A stretch of DNA of 64,000 bases from Escherichia coli (GCF_003334255.1 NZ_QOWU01000021.1), one strand, 5' to 3'. Counted from the first letter of the stretch, positions 23,612 to 35,966 are shown. Numbers and translations: made by a program. Notes: generated by a model not told the origin, from the sequence alone.

Positions 23612-25345
23612 GTGAAACAACAGATACAACTTCGTCGCCGTGAAGTCGATGAAACGGCAGACTTGCCCGCTGAATTGCCTCCCTTGCTGCGCCGTTTATA
23701 CGCCAGCCGGGGAGTACGCAGTGCGCAAGAACTGGAACGCAGTGTTAAAGGTATGCTGCCCTGGCAGCAACTGAGCGGCGTCGAAAAGGCCGTTGAGATC
23801 CTTTACAACGCTTTTCGCGAAGGAACGCGGATTATTGTGGTCGGTGATTTCGACGCCGACGGCGCGACCAGCACGGCTCTAAGCGTGCTGGCGATGCGCT
23901 CGCTTGGTTGCAGCAATATCGACTACCTGGTACCAAACCGTTTCGAAGACGGTTACGGCTTAAGCCCGGAAGTGGTCGATCAGGCCCATGCCCGTGGCGC
24001 GCAGTTAATTGTCACGGTGGATAACGGTATTTCCTCCCATGCGGGGGTTGAGCACGCTCGCTCGTTGGGCATCCCGGTTATTGTTACCGATCACCATTTG
24101 CCAGGCGACACATTACCCGCAGCGGAAGCGATCATTAACCCTAACTTGCGCGACTGTAATTTCCCGTCGAAATCACTGGCAGGCGTGGGTGTGGCGTTTT
24201 ATCTGATGCTGGCGCTGCGCACCTTTTTGCGCGATCAGGGCTGGTTTGATGAGCGTAACATCGCAATTCCTAACCTGGCAGAACTGCTGGATCTGGTCGC
24301 GCTGGGGACAGTGGCGGACGTCGTGCCGCTGGACGCTAATAATCGCATTCTGACCTGGCAGGGGATGAGTCGCATCCGAGCCGGAAAGTGCCGTCCGGGG
24401 ATTAAAGCGCTGCTTGAAGTGGCAAACCGTGATGCACAAAAACTCGCCGCCAGCGATTTAGGTTTTGCGCTGGGGCCACGTCTCAATGCTGCCGGACGAC
24501 TGGACGATATGTCCGTCGGTGTGGCGCTGTTGTTGTGCGACAACATCGGCGAAGCGCGCGTGCTGGCAAATGAACTCGATGCGCTAAACCAGACGCGAAA
24601 AGAGATCGAACAAGGAATGCAAATTGAAGCCCTGACCCTGTGCGAGAAACTGGAGCGCAGCCGTGACACGCTACCCGGCGGGCTGGCAATGTATCACCCC
24701 GAATGGCATCAGGGCGTTGTCGGTATTCTGGCTTCGCGCATCAAAGAGCGTTTTCACCGTCCGGTTATCGCGTTTGCGCCAGCAGGTGACGGTACGCTGA
24801 AAGGTTCCGGTCGCTCCATTCAGGGGCTGCATATGCGTGATGCGCTGGAGCGATTAGACACACTCTACCCTGGCATGATGCTGAAGTTTGGCGGTCATGC
24901 GATGGCGGCGGGTTTGTCGCTGGAAGAGGATAAATTCAAACTCTTTCAACAACGGTTTGGCGAACTGGTTACTGAGTGGCTGGACCCTTCGCTATTGCAA
25001 GGCGAAGTGGTATCAGACGGTCCGTTAAGCCCGGCCGAAATGACCATGGAAGTGGCGCAGCTGCTGCGCGATGCTGGCCCGTGGGGGCAGATGTTCCCGG
25101 AGCCGCTGTTTGACGGTCATTTCCGTCTGCTGCAACAGCGGCTGGTGGGCGAACGTCATTTGAAGGTGATGGTCGAACCGGTCGGCGGCGGTCCACTGCT
25201 GGATGGTATTGCTTTTAATGTCGATACCGCCCTCTGGCCGGATAACGGCGTGCGCGAAGTGCAACTGGCTTATAAGCTCGATATCAACGAGTTTCGCGGC
25301 AACCGCAGCCTGCAAATTATCATCGACAATATCTGGCCAATTTAG
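23612..25345 (+). CDS. recJ: single-stranded-DNA-specific 5'-3' exonuclease RecJ
   Basis: 577-aa ORF from GTG; DHH phosphoesterase motifs (VVGDFDADGATS, DHH). Confidence 0.95.
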   Translation: MKQQIQLRRREVDETADLPAELPPLLRRLYASRGVRSAQELERSVKGMLPWQQLSGVEKAVEILYNAFREGTRIIVVGDFDADGATSTALSVLAMRSLGCSNIDYLVPNRFEDGYGLSPEVVDQAHARGAQLIVTVDNGISSHAGVEHARSLGIPVIVTDHHLPGDTLPAAEAIINPNLRDCNFPSKSLAGVGVAFYLMLALRTFLRDQGWFDERNIAIPNLAELLDLVALGTVADVVPLDANNRILTWQGMSRIRAGKCRPGIKALLEVANRDAQKLAASDLGFALGPRLNAAGRLDDMSVGVALLLCDNIGEARVLANELDALNQTRKEIEQGMQIEALTLCEKLERSRDTLPGGLAMYHPEWHQGVVGILASRIKERFHRPVIAFAPAGDGTLKGSGRSIQGLHMRDALERLDTLYPGMMLKFGGHAMAAGLSLEEDKFKLFQQRFGELVTEWLDPSLLQGEVVSDGPLSPAEMTMEVAQLLRDAGPWGQMFPEPLFDGHFRLLQQRLVGERHLKVMVEPVGGGPLLDGIAFNVDTALWPDNGVREVQLAYKLDINEFRGNRSLQIIIDNIWPI

Positions 25346-25435
25346 CGTCATCTTCTCTATAAAAAAGAGCGTGGATTGGGTACAATCCCGCTCTTATCAC
25401 CGCATTTTGACTAGCTCAATAAAAGAAATCAGACC

Positions 25436-26534
25436 ATGTTTGAAATTAATCCGGTAAATAATCGCATTCAGGACCTCACGGAACGCTCCGACGTTCTTAG
25501 GGGGTATCTTTGACTACGACGCCAAGAAAGAGCGTCTGGAAGAAGTAAACGCCGAGCTGGAACAGCCGGATGTCTGGAACGAACCCGAACGCGCACAGGC
25601 GCTGGGTAAAGAGCGTTCCTCCCTCGAAGCCGTTGTCGACACCCTCGACCAAATGAAACAGGGGCTGGAAGATGTTTCTGGTCTGCTGGAACTGGCTGTA
25701 GAAGCTGACGACGAAGAAACCTTTAACGAAGCCGTTGCTGAACTCGACGCCCTGGAAGAAAAACTGGCGCAGCTTGAGTTCCGCCGTATGTTCTCTGGCG
25801 AATATGACAGCGCCGACTGCTACCTCGATATTCAGGCGGGGTCTGGCGGTACGGAAGCACAGGACTGGGCGAGCATGCTTGAGCGTATGTATCTGCGCTG
25901 GGCAGAATCGCGTGGTTTCAAAACTGAAATCATCGAAGAGTCGGAAGGTGAAGTGGCGGGTATTAAATCCGTGACGATCAAAATCTCCGGCGATTACGCT
26001 TACGGCTGGCTGCGTACAGAAACCGGCGTTCACCGCCTGGTGCGTAAAAGCCCGTTTGACTCCGGCGGTCGTCGCCACACGTCGTTCAGCTCCGCGTTTG
26101 TTTATCCGGAAGTTGATGATGATATTGATATCGAAATCAACCCGGCGGATCTGCGCATTGACGTTTATCGCGCGTCCGGCGCGGGCGGTCAGCACGTTAA
26201 CCGTACCGAATCTGCGGTGCGTATTACCCACATCCCGACCGGGATCGTGACCCAGTGCCAGAACGACCGTTCCCAGCACAAGAACAAAGATCAGGCCATG
26301 AAGCAGATGAAAGCGAAGCTTTATGAACTGGAGATGCAGAAGAAAAATGCCGAGAAACAGGCGATGGAAGATAACAAATCCGACATCGGCTGGGGCAGCC
26401 AGATTCGTTCTTATGTCCTTGATGACTCCCGCATTAAAGATCTGCGCACCGGGGTAGAAACCCGCAACACGCAGGCCGTGCTGGACGGCAGCCTGGATCA
26501 ATTTATCGAAGCAAGTTTGAAAGCAGGGTTATGA
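25436..26534 (+). CDS. prfB: peptide chain release factor 2; expressed by programmed +1 ribosomal frameshift at CUU UGA C
   Basis: Frame 1: ATG 25436 [25 protein letters not shown] then in-frame TGA at 25511-25513 preceded by SD-like AGGGGG; +1 frame continues [32 protein letters not shown]... to 26534 (SPF/GGQ motif [11 protein letters not shown]). Confidence 0.95.
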
Positions 26535-26543
26535 GGAACCAAC

Positions 26544-28061
26544 ATGTCTGAACAACACGCACAGGGCGCTGACGCGGTAGTCGATCTTAACAATGAACTG
26601 AAAACGCGTCGTGAGAAGCTGGCGAACCTGCGCGAGCAGGGGATTGCCTTCCCGAACGATTTCCGTCGCGATCATACCTCTGACCAATTGCACGCAGAAT
26701 TCGACGGCAAAGAGAACGAAGAACTGGAAGCGCTGAACATCGAAGTCGCCGTTGCTGGCCGCATGATGACCCGTCGTATTATGGGTAAAGCGTCTTTCGT
26801 TACCCTGCAGGACGTTGGCGGTCGCATTCAGCTGTACGTTGCCCGTGACGATCTCCCGGAAGGCGTTTATAACGAGCAGTTCAAAAAATGGGACCTCGGC
26901 GACATCCTCGGCGCGAAAGGTAAGCTGTTCAAAACCAAAACCGGCGAACTGTCTATCCACTGCACCGAGTTGCGTCTGCTGACCAAAGCACTGCGTCCGC
27001 TGCCGGATAAATTCCACGGCTTGCAGGATCAGGAAGCGCGCTATCGTCAGCGTTATCTCGATCTCATCTCCAACGATGAATCCCGCAACACCTTTAAAGT
27101 GCGCTCGCAGATCCTCTCTGGTATTCGCCAGTTCATGGTGAACCGCGGCTTTATGGAAGTTGAAACGCCGATGATGCAGGTGATCCCTGGCGGTGCCGCT
27201 GCGCGTCCGTTTATCACCCACCATAACGCGCTGGATCTCGACATGTACCTGCGTATCGCGCCGGAACTGTACCTCAAGCGTCTGGTGGTTGGTGGCTTCG
27301 AGCGTGTATTCGAAATCAACCGTAACTTCCGTAACGAAGGTATTTCCGTACGTCATAACCCAGAGTTCACCATGATGGAACTCTACATGGCTTACGCAGA
27401 TTACAAAGATCTGATCGAGCTGACCGAATCGCTGTTCCGTACTCTGGCACAGGATATTCTCGGTAAGACGGAAGTGACCTACGGCGACGTGACGCTGGAC
27501 TTCGGTAAACCGTTCGAAAAACTGACCATGCGTGAAGCGATCAAGAAATATCGCCCGGAAACCGACATGGCGGATCTGGACAACTTCGACTCTGCGAAAG
27601 CAATTGCTGAATCTATCGGCATCCACGTTGAGAAGAGCTGGGGTCTGGGCCGTATCGTTACCGAGATCTTCGAAGAAGTGGCAGAAGCACATCTGATTCA
27701 GCCGACCTTCATTACTGAATATCCGGCAGAAGTTTCTCCGCTGGCGCGTCGTAACGACGTTAACCCGGAAATCACAGACCGCTTTGAGTTCTTCATTGGT
27801 GGTCGTGAAATCGGTAACGGCTTTAGCGAGCTGAATGACGCGGAAGATCAGGCGCAACGCTTCCTGGATCAGGTTGCCGCGAAAGACGCAGGTGACGACG
27901 AAGCGATGTTCTACGATGAAGATTACGTCACCGCACTGGAACATGGCTTACCGCCGACAGCAGGTCTGGGAATTGGTATCGACCGTATGGTAATGCTGTT
28001 CACCAACAGCCATACCATCCGCGACGTTATTCTGTTCCCGGCGATGCGTCCGGTAAAATAA
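26544..28061 (+). CDS. lysS: lysine--tRNA ligase (constitutive)
   Basis: 505-aa [43 protein letters not shown]...; class II aaRS motifs. Confidence 0.97.
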
Positions 28062-28079
28062 GCATTACGTTATGCTCAC

Positions 28080-28106
28080 AACCCCGGCAAATGTCGGGGT
28101 TTTTTT
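28080..28106 (+). terminator. rho-independent terminator of prfB-lysS; T-run overlaps idi stop codon
   Basis: aaccccggcaaatgtcggggtt followed by T6. Confidence 0.8.
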
Positions 28107-28653
28107 ATTTAAGCTGGGTAAATGCAGATAATCGTTTTCTGGCTTCGCGATTTGTCGCCTGCATCACCATCCACGGACTGAACGCCCACGGCGTGGCATC
28201 AATACCGTGTAATACATCTGCTAAATCACACCATTGATAATCCATCACTTCATCATCATTGATCTGTAACGCACTAGTGGTGCGTGCGGCAAATACCGGA
28301 CACACTTCATTTTCCACAATGCCACTCGGATCGGTGGCGCGGTAGCGAAAGTCAGGATAGATAGATTCAGGAGGCGTAATTTCCACGCCAAGCTCATAAC
28401 GGCAACGGCGGATCACTGCGTCTTCGTTGCTTTCTCCCAGTTGTGGGTGCCCACAAACCGAGTTAGTCCACACGCCAGGCCATGCTTTTTTGCTCAGTGC
28501 GCGGCGGGTAACTAATAATTGTCCTTTGGCATTAAACAGCCAACTGGAGAACGCGAGATGTAAGCGGGTGTCTGCCGTGTGTGCGGCATACTTTTCCAGC
28601 GTACCCGTGGGAACTCCCTGTGCATTCAATAAAATGACGTGTTCCGTTTGCAT
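28105..28653 (-). CDS. idi: isopentenyl-diphosphate delta-isomerase (Nudix fold)
   Basis: 182-aa [44 protein letters not shown]... Confidence 0.95.
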   Translation of the reverse strand: MQTEHVILLNAQGVPTGTLEKYAAHTADTRLHLAFSSWLFNAKGQLLVTRRALSKKAWPGVWTNSVCGHPQLGESNEDAVIRRCRYELGVEITPPESIYPDFRYRATDPSGIVENEVCPVFAARTTSALQINDDEVMDYQWCDLADVLHGIDATPWAFSPWMVMQATNREARKRLSAFTQLK

Positions 28654-28902
28654 AATTTCTCACATGTAATTCTGATCACTCATCATTATAGATAATTGAA
28701 GAGTGAAATGATTAACCAAGTGAGCGTTTATCGACAACCGCCCGTTTTGAGCGGATGCCGACAGGTAAAAACCATTTAAAAAAGTAGCATCATATATTTG
28801 AAGCGACTTTCAATGGCCATTGCAACACAGTCAGAAATGACAGGAATAGAGAGAGTAAAAAGCAACAACAGACTGAATATAGCGCGCATTAAAAAATTCA
28901 TA

Positions 28903-30351
28903 TTATTCTCCATGCTCATTTTTCTTCAGCTTGCGCATCAGAAGCCACATACGTACTGTCCTGACTTTTAAATCTTTATCAGAGACGGATTCCTTCACCA
29001 GGTCAGCATGATGCTGATAGCCATTAAAGAAGACGTTCAGCACAACGGCGCTAAGGGTTGCGAGCATAATGCCGCTATGTAGCAGCGGTTGCAGTACGGC
29101 CGGTAACTTAGAAAAGAAATCGTGAGAGAGCGTCGGAGTCATGCCAACGCCGAGACTGATCGCCACAATATAGAGGTTGTAACGGTTGGTGGTGTAGTTA
29201 CAGCGCGACAGAATTCGAATCCCTGTCGCCAGTACCATGCCGAACATCACTAGACCAGCGCCGCCCAGCACAAATTGCGGAATGGAGGCTACCAGCACCG
29301 CCATTTTTGGCACCATGCCAAACAGGATTAATATAATTCCCGAAGAAATACACACCCAGCGGCTATGAACGCGCGTCACGCTAACCAGGCCAACGTTTTG
29401 AGAAAATGACGTGTGGGGGAAGCTGTTAAACGTGCCGCCTATCATTGTCCCTACGCCATCGACACGCAGCCCGCGAATAATATCGTGCGAAGAGAGTTTA
29501 CGACCGACTATTTCACCCAGTGCCAGGAACATCCCCATCGACTCGATAAACACGATGATTAACACGGCAGTCATGGTCAGAATGGAAACGGGATCGAAAA
29601 TCGGCATACCAAACGACATCGGCGTAACAATCGCAAACCATGAAGCATCATGTAGCCCGGATAAATTGACTTCATTCATCATCCACGAAAGTAAAAAGCC
29701 AAATACAATCCCCAGTAATACGGCGACGTTGGACATAAATCCTTTCGCATAGCGAGTAATGAGCAAGATAAAAATTAAGACGGCAAAGGAGATACCTAAA
29801 TAAACGGGATTACCATATTGCGGATTCCCTTTACCTCCGGCGGCCCAGTCAATACCCACCTGAATGATGCTAAGCCCGATAGAAGTAATAACCACACCGG
29901 TAACCAGTGGCGGGAATAAAGGCATCAAGCGACCGATAAGTGGCGCTAATAATGTGGTGATAAAACCCGCGGCGATAGTGGCACCAAATATCCCCAGCAG
30001 GCCGATATCCGGGTTCATCCCAATGGCTATCATTGGTGTTACAGCAGCAAAGGTCACCGACATAATCACCGGCAGGCGGATCCCCATAAAGCGGCCGATA
30101 CCGATACATTGCAATAATGTGACGATCCCGCAGCAAAAGAGATCCGAGCTAATGAGCATCGCAATAGCTTCTTTTGAGAGGCCCAGTCGGTCACCAATCA
30201 TAAGAGGAACAGCGACTGCACCTGCGTACATGACAAGGACGTGTTGCAGACCGAGTATGATCAGCTTTCCTGGTGATAATATGCGGTCAACCTCATCAGT
30301 TGGGCGGTCTTGCCCAGAAGATGAGGGAAGTTGGGAATCTATGGCGCTCAT
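28903..30351 (-). CDS. uacT: uric acid transporter UacT (YgfU), NCS2/NAT family
   Basis: ORF 28903..30480 trimmed to ATG 30351 (482 aa): MSAIDSQLPSSSGQDRPTDEVDRILSPGKLIILGLQHVLVMYAGAVAVPL... Confidence 0.9.
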   Translation of the reverse strand: MSAIDSQLPSSSGQDRPTDEVDRILSPGKLIILGLQHVLVMYAGAVAVPLMIGDRLGLSKEAIAMLISSDLFCCGIVTLLQCIGIGRFMGIRLPVIMSVTFAAVTPMIAIGMNPDIGLLGIFGATIAAGFITTLLAPLIGRLMPLFPPLVTGVVITSIGLSIIQVGIDWAAGGKGNPQYGNPVYLGISFAVLIFILLITRYAKGFMSNVAVLLGIVFGFLLSWMMNEVNLSGLHDASWFAIVTPMSFGMPIFDPVSILTMTAVLIIVFIESMGMFLALGEIVGRKLSSHDIIRGLRVDGVGTMIGGTFNSFPHTSFSQNVGLVSVTRVHSRWVCISSGIILILFGMVPKMAVLVASIPQFVLGGAGLVMFGMVLATGIRILSRCNYTTNRYNLYIVAISLGVGMTPTLSHDFFSKLPAVLQPLLHSGIMLATLSAVVLNVFFNGYQHHADLVKESVSDKDLKVRTVRMWLLMRKLKKNEHGE

Positions 30352-30786
30352 CAGTGTTTCTCCTTTCGCCCGCCAGAGTAAAAAGCAACCGTTTACGTTA
30401 ATGAAACTGTCTAAACACATGCTCGTGGAGTGCCAGTTTTTGCGAGGAAGGGGAGTTAGAGACAGGAATTGCGGAGGCAATCACATAATCGTGGTTAAAC
30501 CACGAAAATGAGAAGAGAACCTGACAATGGAATTATCTGTAATTTTCTCATATTGATATTTCATTAATCATTCTGGCATGTCGCACTCTCGCATTTAATC
30601 GTTTTTATCTGGATAGCGCTCTTTTGATCGGCAATGTTGAAATAATGAAAGCGGCATAGATTGAGGGGCAATAATTTGAACTCAGTCGCAAAATTATAAT
30701 TAAAACGGTCATGCTACCTAATATATGCCCGTTTATTGCATCGCGAAATTTGAGAAGACATAACTCATTAAATGAAAGGGATGCAA

Positions 30787-32706
30787 ATGAATAAGTTTAT
30801 TGCTGCTGAAGCTGCGGAATGTATAGGCTGTCATGCTTGTGAAATTGCCTGTGCGGTGGCACACAATCAAGAAAACTGGCCGCTGAGTCACAGTGACTTT
30901 CGACCGCGTATCCACGTTGTAGGGAAAGGCCAGGCTGCGAATCCGGTGGCCTGCCATCACTGCAACAATGCCCCTTGCGTTACGGCTTGTCCGGTTAATG
31001 CTCTGACTTTCCAGTCCGATAGCGTACAACTGGACGAGCAAAAATGTATTGGTTGTAAAAGATGCGCAATCGCTTGCCCCTTTGGCGTCGTTGAGATGGT
31101 CGATACGATTGCGCAGAAATGCGACCTTTGTAACCAGCGCAGTTCCGGCACGCAAGCCTGTATTGAAGTTTGCCCAACACAGGCGTTACGACTGATGGAC
31201 GATAAAGGGTTGCAGCAGATAAAGGTGGCCCGCCAGCGCAAAACGGCAGCAGGAAAAGCGTCATCAGACGCTCAGCCATCTCGCAGTGCAGCGTTGCTCC
31301 CCGTTAACTCGCGTAAAGGCGCAGATAAAATTTCAGCGAGTGAACGGAAAACCCACTTTGGCGAAATATATTGCGGGCTGGATCCACAACAAGCGACTTA
31401 TGAGAGTGACCGCTGTGTTTATTGTGCCGAAAAAGCTAACTGCAACTGGCATTGCCCGCTGCATAACGCTATTCCGGATTACATCCGTCTGGTACAGGAA
31501 GGAAAGATTATTGAAGCGGCAGAACTTTGCCACCAGACCAGTTCCTTACCAGAAATTTGCGGCAGGGTATGTCCACAGGACCGTCTTTGTGAAGGCGCAT
31601 GTACTTTGAAAGATCACTCGGGCGCAGTCTCTATCGGTAATCTGGAACGCTACATCACCGATACCGCGCTGGCGATGGGCTGGCGTCCCGATGTCAGCAA
31701 AGTTGTTCCCCGTAGCGAAAAAGTGGCGGTGATTGGCGCTGGGCCTGCAGGGTTAGGGTGTGCTGATATTCTGGCGCGCGCAGGAGTTCAGGTCGATGTC
31801 TTTGATCGCCATCCAGAAATTGGCGGTATGCTGACTTTTGGCATTCCTCCTTTCAAACTCGATAAAACGGTATTAAGCCAGCGGCGAGAGATATTCACCG
31901 CAATGGGAATCGACTTTCATCTTAACTGTGAAATTGGCCGCGATATTACCTTTAGCGATTTAACTTCTGAATATGATGCAGTTTTCATCGGCGTGGGGAC
32001 TTACGGGATGATGCGAGCAGATCTGCCGCATGAAGATGCGCCCGGTGTCATTCAGGCTCTACCGTTCCTGACTGCCCATACCCGCCAGCTCATGGGATTG
32101 CCGGAGTCTGAAGAGTATCCGCTGACGGACGTGGAAGGTAAGCGAGTCGTGGTATTGGGCGGTGGCGATACGACAATGGATTGTTTGCGGACTTCCATCC
32201 GCCTCAATGCCGCCAGCGTGACCTGCGCGTATCGTCGTGATGAAGTCAGTATGCCGGGCTCGCGCAAAGAGGTGGTTAATGCGCGCGAGGAAGGTGTCGA
32301 GTTTCAGTTCAATGTTCAACCGCAATATATCGCTTGTGACGAAGATGGGCGTTTAACTGCGGTGGGCCTGATTCGTACCGCCATGGGTGAGCCGGGGCCG
32401 GATGGTCGCCGTCGTCCTCGTCCGGTAGCGGGTTCAGAGTTTGAATTGCCCGCCGATGTTCTGATTATGGCCTTTGGTTTCCAGGCGCATGCCATGCCGT
32501 GGTTGCAGGGCAGCGGAATTAAACTCGATAAATGGGGCCTGATTCAAACCGGTGACGTCGGGTATTTACCTACCCAGACGCATCTGAAAAAAGTCTTTGC
32601 TGGTGGTGATGCAGTTCATGGCGCGGATCTGGTTGTCACTGCAATGGCCGCAGGAAGGCAGGCGGCGCGCGATATGTTAACTCTGTTTGATACGAAGGCA
32701 TCGTGA
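30787..32706 (+). CDS. ygfT: Fe-S plus FAD/NAD(P)-binding oxidoreductase YgfT (GltD-like), implicated in formate-dependent urate metabolism
   Basis: ORF 30772..32706; N-terminal 4Fe-4S ferredoxin cysteine clusters ([23 protein letters not shown]), then GAGPAG dinucleotide-binding motif; start at ATG 30787 chosen to give 639 aa. Confidence 0.9.
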
Positions 32707-33194
32707 TGAAATCGTTAATTATCGTTAATCCGGCTGACTGTATTGGCTGCCGTACTTGTGAAGTAGCCTGTGTGGTCGCTCACCCTTCAGAACAGGAGTT
32801 GAATGCCGATGTCTTTTTACCCCGGCTGAAGGTACAGCGACTGGACAGCATCAGTGCGCCGGTGATGTGCCATCAGTGTGAAAACGCCCCTTGTGTTGGC
32901 GCTTGCCCCGTGGGGGCGCTGACGATGGGCGAGCAGGTGGTGCAGACCAATTCTGCCCGTTGTATTGGCTGTCAGAGTTGCGTCAGTGCGTGCCCGTTTG
33001 GAATGATCACCATTCAGTCGTTGCCGGGGGATACCCGACAACAAATTGTGAAATGCGATCTCTGTGAACAGCGGGAAGAGGGGCCAGCCTGCGTTGAATC
33101 TTGCCCAACACAGGCGCTGCAGTTGCTTACTGAAAGAGAACTCAGGCGAGTCCGCCAGCAGCGTATTGTTGCCAGCGGTGAGAATCCTCTCTGA
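32706..33194 (+). CDS. ygfS: 4Fe-4S ferredoxin-type protein YgfS
   Basis: 162-aa [29 protein letters not shown]... with multiple CxxCxxCxxxCP motifs; start overlaps ygfT stop (TGATG). Confidence 0.9.
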
Positions 33195-33200
33195 AAGAAA

Positions 33201-33224
33201 TCTCCGCGCTGAAAGGCGCGGAGA
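33201..33224. terminator. bidirectional hairpin between convergent ygfS and ghxQ
   Basis: tctccgcgc-tgaaag-gcgcggaga. Confidence 0.6.
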
Positions 33225-33229
33225 ATCTA

Positions 33230-34597
33230 TTAGATTGCCCAACCACCCGCGTAAAATGCGACCAGTGCGGCAGTAATGATCACCGTACCAATATTCAGCT
33301 TTTGCCATTCGCGTGCAAAGACGCGGCCTACGACCAGTGTCACAAAGCCCAGCATAATACCGGTAACGATATTACAAGTCAGAACGATGAACACGGCACA
33401 CACCAGGCCAGCCATAGCGTCAATAAAATCATTGAAATCCAGCTTCGAGACGTTACTTAACATCAGCAAACCTACGTACATCAGAGCGGGTGCAGTGGCG
33501 TAACCAGGGATCAAAAATGACAGCGGTGATAAAAACAGAATTAACAGGAATAACGCCCCCACTACGGTTGCGGTTAAACCTGTTTTACCCCCGGCGGCGG
33601 TTCCTGCCGCTGATTCGATATAAACCGCTGCGGGCGCTGCGCCCACCAGGCCGGAGAATATTGAACTTACTGAGTCACTGGTCAGGGCTTTGCCGCCGTT
33701 GATGATCTGGTTGTCTTTATCCAACAAATTCGCCTGACCGGCGACGGCACGGATGGTGCCAGTAGCGTCGAACACTGCGGTCATCACCAATGCCAGTACA
33801 CTCGGAAGTACAGTTGGCTGGAGTGCACCCATAATATCGAGGCTGAAAATCAGAGACTTACCATCTTCGCCAGTCAGGCTTGGCATCGCCACCAGACCGT
33901 GGTATTTCACCGCTGGGTCAAAGATTAAGCCGATGATCGAAATTGCAATAATCACCAACAAGATCCCGCCGGGTACGCGACACTTCTCCAGGCCGAAGAT
34001 GACCGCCAGCCCCAGCAAGCTCATCATCACCGGGAAGGAGGTAAACGCACCGAGCGCCACTGGCAAGCCTTCAATCGGGTTTTTGATAACCATACCCACA
34101 CCGTTAGCAGCAATCAGCAGCAGAAACAGCCCGATACCGATACCTGTACCGTGAGCGATACCCATCGGCAAATTACGTAAGATCCAGGTACGCACACCGG
34201 TTACGGAAATGGCGGTGAAGATGACGCCCATCAGAAATACCGCGCCCAGTGCGACAGGAACGCTAATTTGTTGCCCGAGTACCAGACTGAATGCGGTAAA
34301 CGCCGTCAAGGAAATCGCGCAACCAATCGCCATTGGCAAATTAGCCCATAATCCCATCAGCAACGAGCCGAAGCCCGCGACCAGACAGGTGGCAACAAAC
34401 ACAGCTGCGGGAGGAAAACCTGCTTTGCCCAGCATTCCCGGAACGACGATAACGGAATAAACCATGGCCAGAAAGGTCGTTAAGCCAGCCAGTACTTCCT
34501 GACGAACGGTACTGCCACGAGCGGTAATTTTAAAATAATTATCCAGCGCGCCCTGTGGCTTTGGTGCGTCCGGTGTTTGTAGGATGTCTCCAGACAT
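33230..34597 (-). CDS. ghxQ: guanine/hypoxanthine permease GhxQ (YgfQ), NCS2 AzgA-like family
   Basis: 455-aa [56 protein letters not shown]... Confidence 0.9.
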   Translation of the reverse strand: MSGDILQTPDAPKPQGALDNYFKITARGSTVRQEVLAGLTTFLAMVYSVIVVPGMLGKAGFPPAAVFVATCLVAGFGSLLMGLWANLPMAIGCAISLTAFTAFSLVLGQQISVPVALGAVFLMGVIFTAISVTGVRTWILRNLPMGIAHGTGIGIGLFLLLIAANGVGMVIKNPIEGLPVALGAFTSFPVMMSLLGLAVIFGLEKCRVPGGILLVIIAISIIGLIFDPAVKYHGLVAMPSLTGEDGKSLIFSLDIMGALQPTVLPSVLALVMTAVFDATGTIRAVAGQANLLDKDNQIINGGKALTSDSVSSIFSGLVGAAPAAVYIESAAGTAAGGKTGLTATVVGALFLLILFLSPLSFLIPGYATAPALMYVGLLMLSNVSKLDFNDFIDAMAGLVCAVFIVLTCNIVTGIMLGFVTLVVGRVFAREWQKLNIGTVIITAALVAFYAGGWAI

Positions 34598-34632
34598 AAT
34601 GATGTCCTCACGAGGATGTTAAAGTTTTATTA

Positions 34633-35952
34633 TTAGTTGCGTTCGTACACCAGACGACCATCAACGTAGGTGCGGTAGATCGAACGGTCATCGCCCAACG
34701 TCATCATCACGAACAATTTGTCGACTAAAGAAACAGAGTTGTCATAGCGCAGCTGCTGTAGCGGAGTGGCGGTGGGTTCCATCACCACGAAATCAGCCTC
34801 TTTGCCAGGTAAAAAGTTGCCAATCAAATCGTCAAGGCCCAGAGATTTCGCTCCGCCGAGCGTGGCCAGGTAAAACGCTTCATATGCCGAGAGGCGATAG
34901 CCTTGTAATTGCAATACTTTGTAGGCTTCGTTCAGCGTTTGCAGCATGTTGAAAGTGGTTCCGGCACCGATATCCGTTCCCATGCCCACTTTAACTTTCT
35001 TCTGCCATGCTTTTTTCAAGTTGAATAAGCCGCTGCCGAGGTAAAGGTTGGAGGTCGGACAGAAAGCAATGCTGGATTTGGTTTCGCTGAGACGATCCCA
35101 CTCTTTTTCTTCGAGATGGACGCAGTGAGCAAAGACACAGTTTTTACCGGTCAGGCCGTACTGATGGTAAACATCCAGATAACCATCATGGTCAGGATAA
35201 AGCGATTTCACCCAGGCAATTTCATCTTTGTTTTCACAGAGATGGGTATGTACCCACGTATCCGGATATTCTTCTTTCAGGCGTTGCGCCATCGCCATCT
35301 GTTCAGGAGATGAGGTCGGGGCGAAGCGTGGCGTAATCGCATATAGCAGACGACCATTTTTGTGCCAGCGTTCGATCAGTTCTTTGCTTTGGTGATAGCT
35401 GCTTTCGGCAGTGTCGAGCAGATAATCCGGTGCGTTGCGGTCCATCATCACCTTACCGGCAATCATACGCATATTGATATGACTGGCGGCTTCAAACAGC
35501 GCATCAACAGATTGCGGATGAACAGTGCCAAACACCAGCGCCGTGGTGGTTCCGTTACGTAAAAGCTGCTTGATGAAGAACGCCGACATTTCGCGGGCGT
35601 ACTCTAAATCCTCATAACGACGTTCAGTAGGGAAGGTGTGTTTATTCAACCACTCCAGCAATTGCTCACCATAGGCCCCCACCATTTCACTTTGCGGATA
35701 ATGGATATGTGTATCGACAAAGCCCGGTACTATCAGTTTGCCGCGATAGTCGCGCACGCGAATGGTGTCAGGAATTTGATGCTTTCCGTTTTCCCATTCG
35801 CCAAACCATTCCACTTTTCCCTGTTTAATGAGTAATAAACCATCCTCAATAAACCGCAGCGCAGAGGCAATCTCTTCCGGGTTATCGATCGTACGGGTGA
35901 CATCAATAAAACTGCCTCGTACCGCTTTTAACGTGTGTTCTCCTGACATCAT
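34633..35952 (-). CDS. guaD: guanine deaminase (amidohydrolase superfamily)
   Basis: ORF 34633..36072 trimmed to ATG 35952 (439 aa): MMSGEHTLKAVRGSFIDVTRTIDNPEEIAS...; HxH metal-binding motif (DTHIHYPQ). Confidence 0.92.
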   Translation of the reverse strand: MMSGEHTLKAVRGSFIDVTRTIDNPEEIASALRFIEDGLLLIKQGKVEWFGEWENGKHQIPDTIRVRDYRGKLIVPGFVDTHIHYPQSEMVGAYGEQLLEWLNKHTFPTERRYEDLEYAREMSAFFIKQLLRNGTTTALVFGTVHPQSVDALFEAASHINMRMIAGKVMMDRNAPDYLLDTAESSYHQSKELIERWHKNGRLLYAITPRFAPTSSPEQMAMAQRLKEEYPDTWVHTHLCENKDEIAWVKSLYPDHDGYLDVYHQYGLTGKNCVFAHCVHLEEKEWDRLSETKSSIAFCPTSNLYLGSGLFNLKKAWQKKVKVGMGTDIGAGTTFNMLQTLNEAYKVLQLQGYRLSAYEAFYLATLGGAKSLGLDDLIGNFLPGKEADFVVMEPTATPLQQLRYDNSVSLVDKLFVMMTLGDDRSIYRTYVDGRLVYERN

Positions 35953-35966
35953 TGACTCCTTTACTG

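Noticed and set aside
30574-30593. TGGCAT-containing sequence upstream of ygfT as a sigma-54 promoter
   Set aside because: No GC dinucleotide at the required -12 spacing (candidates fall 8 or 16 nt from GG rather than 11).
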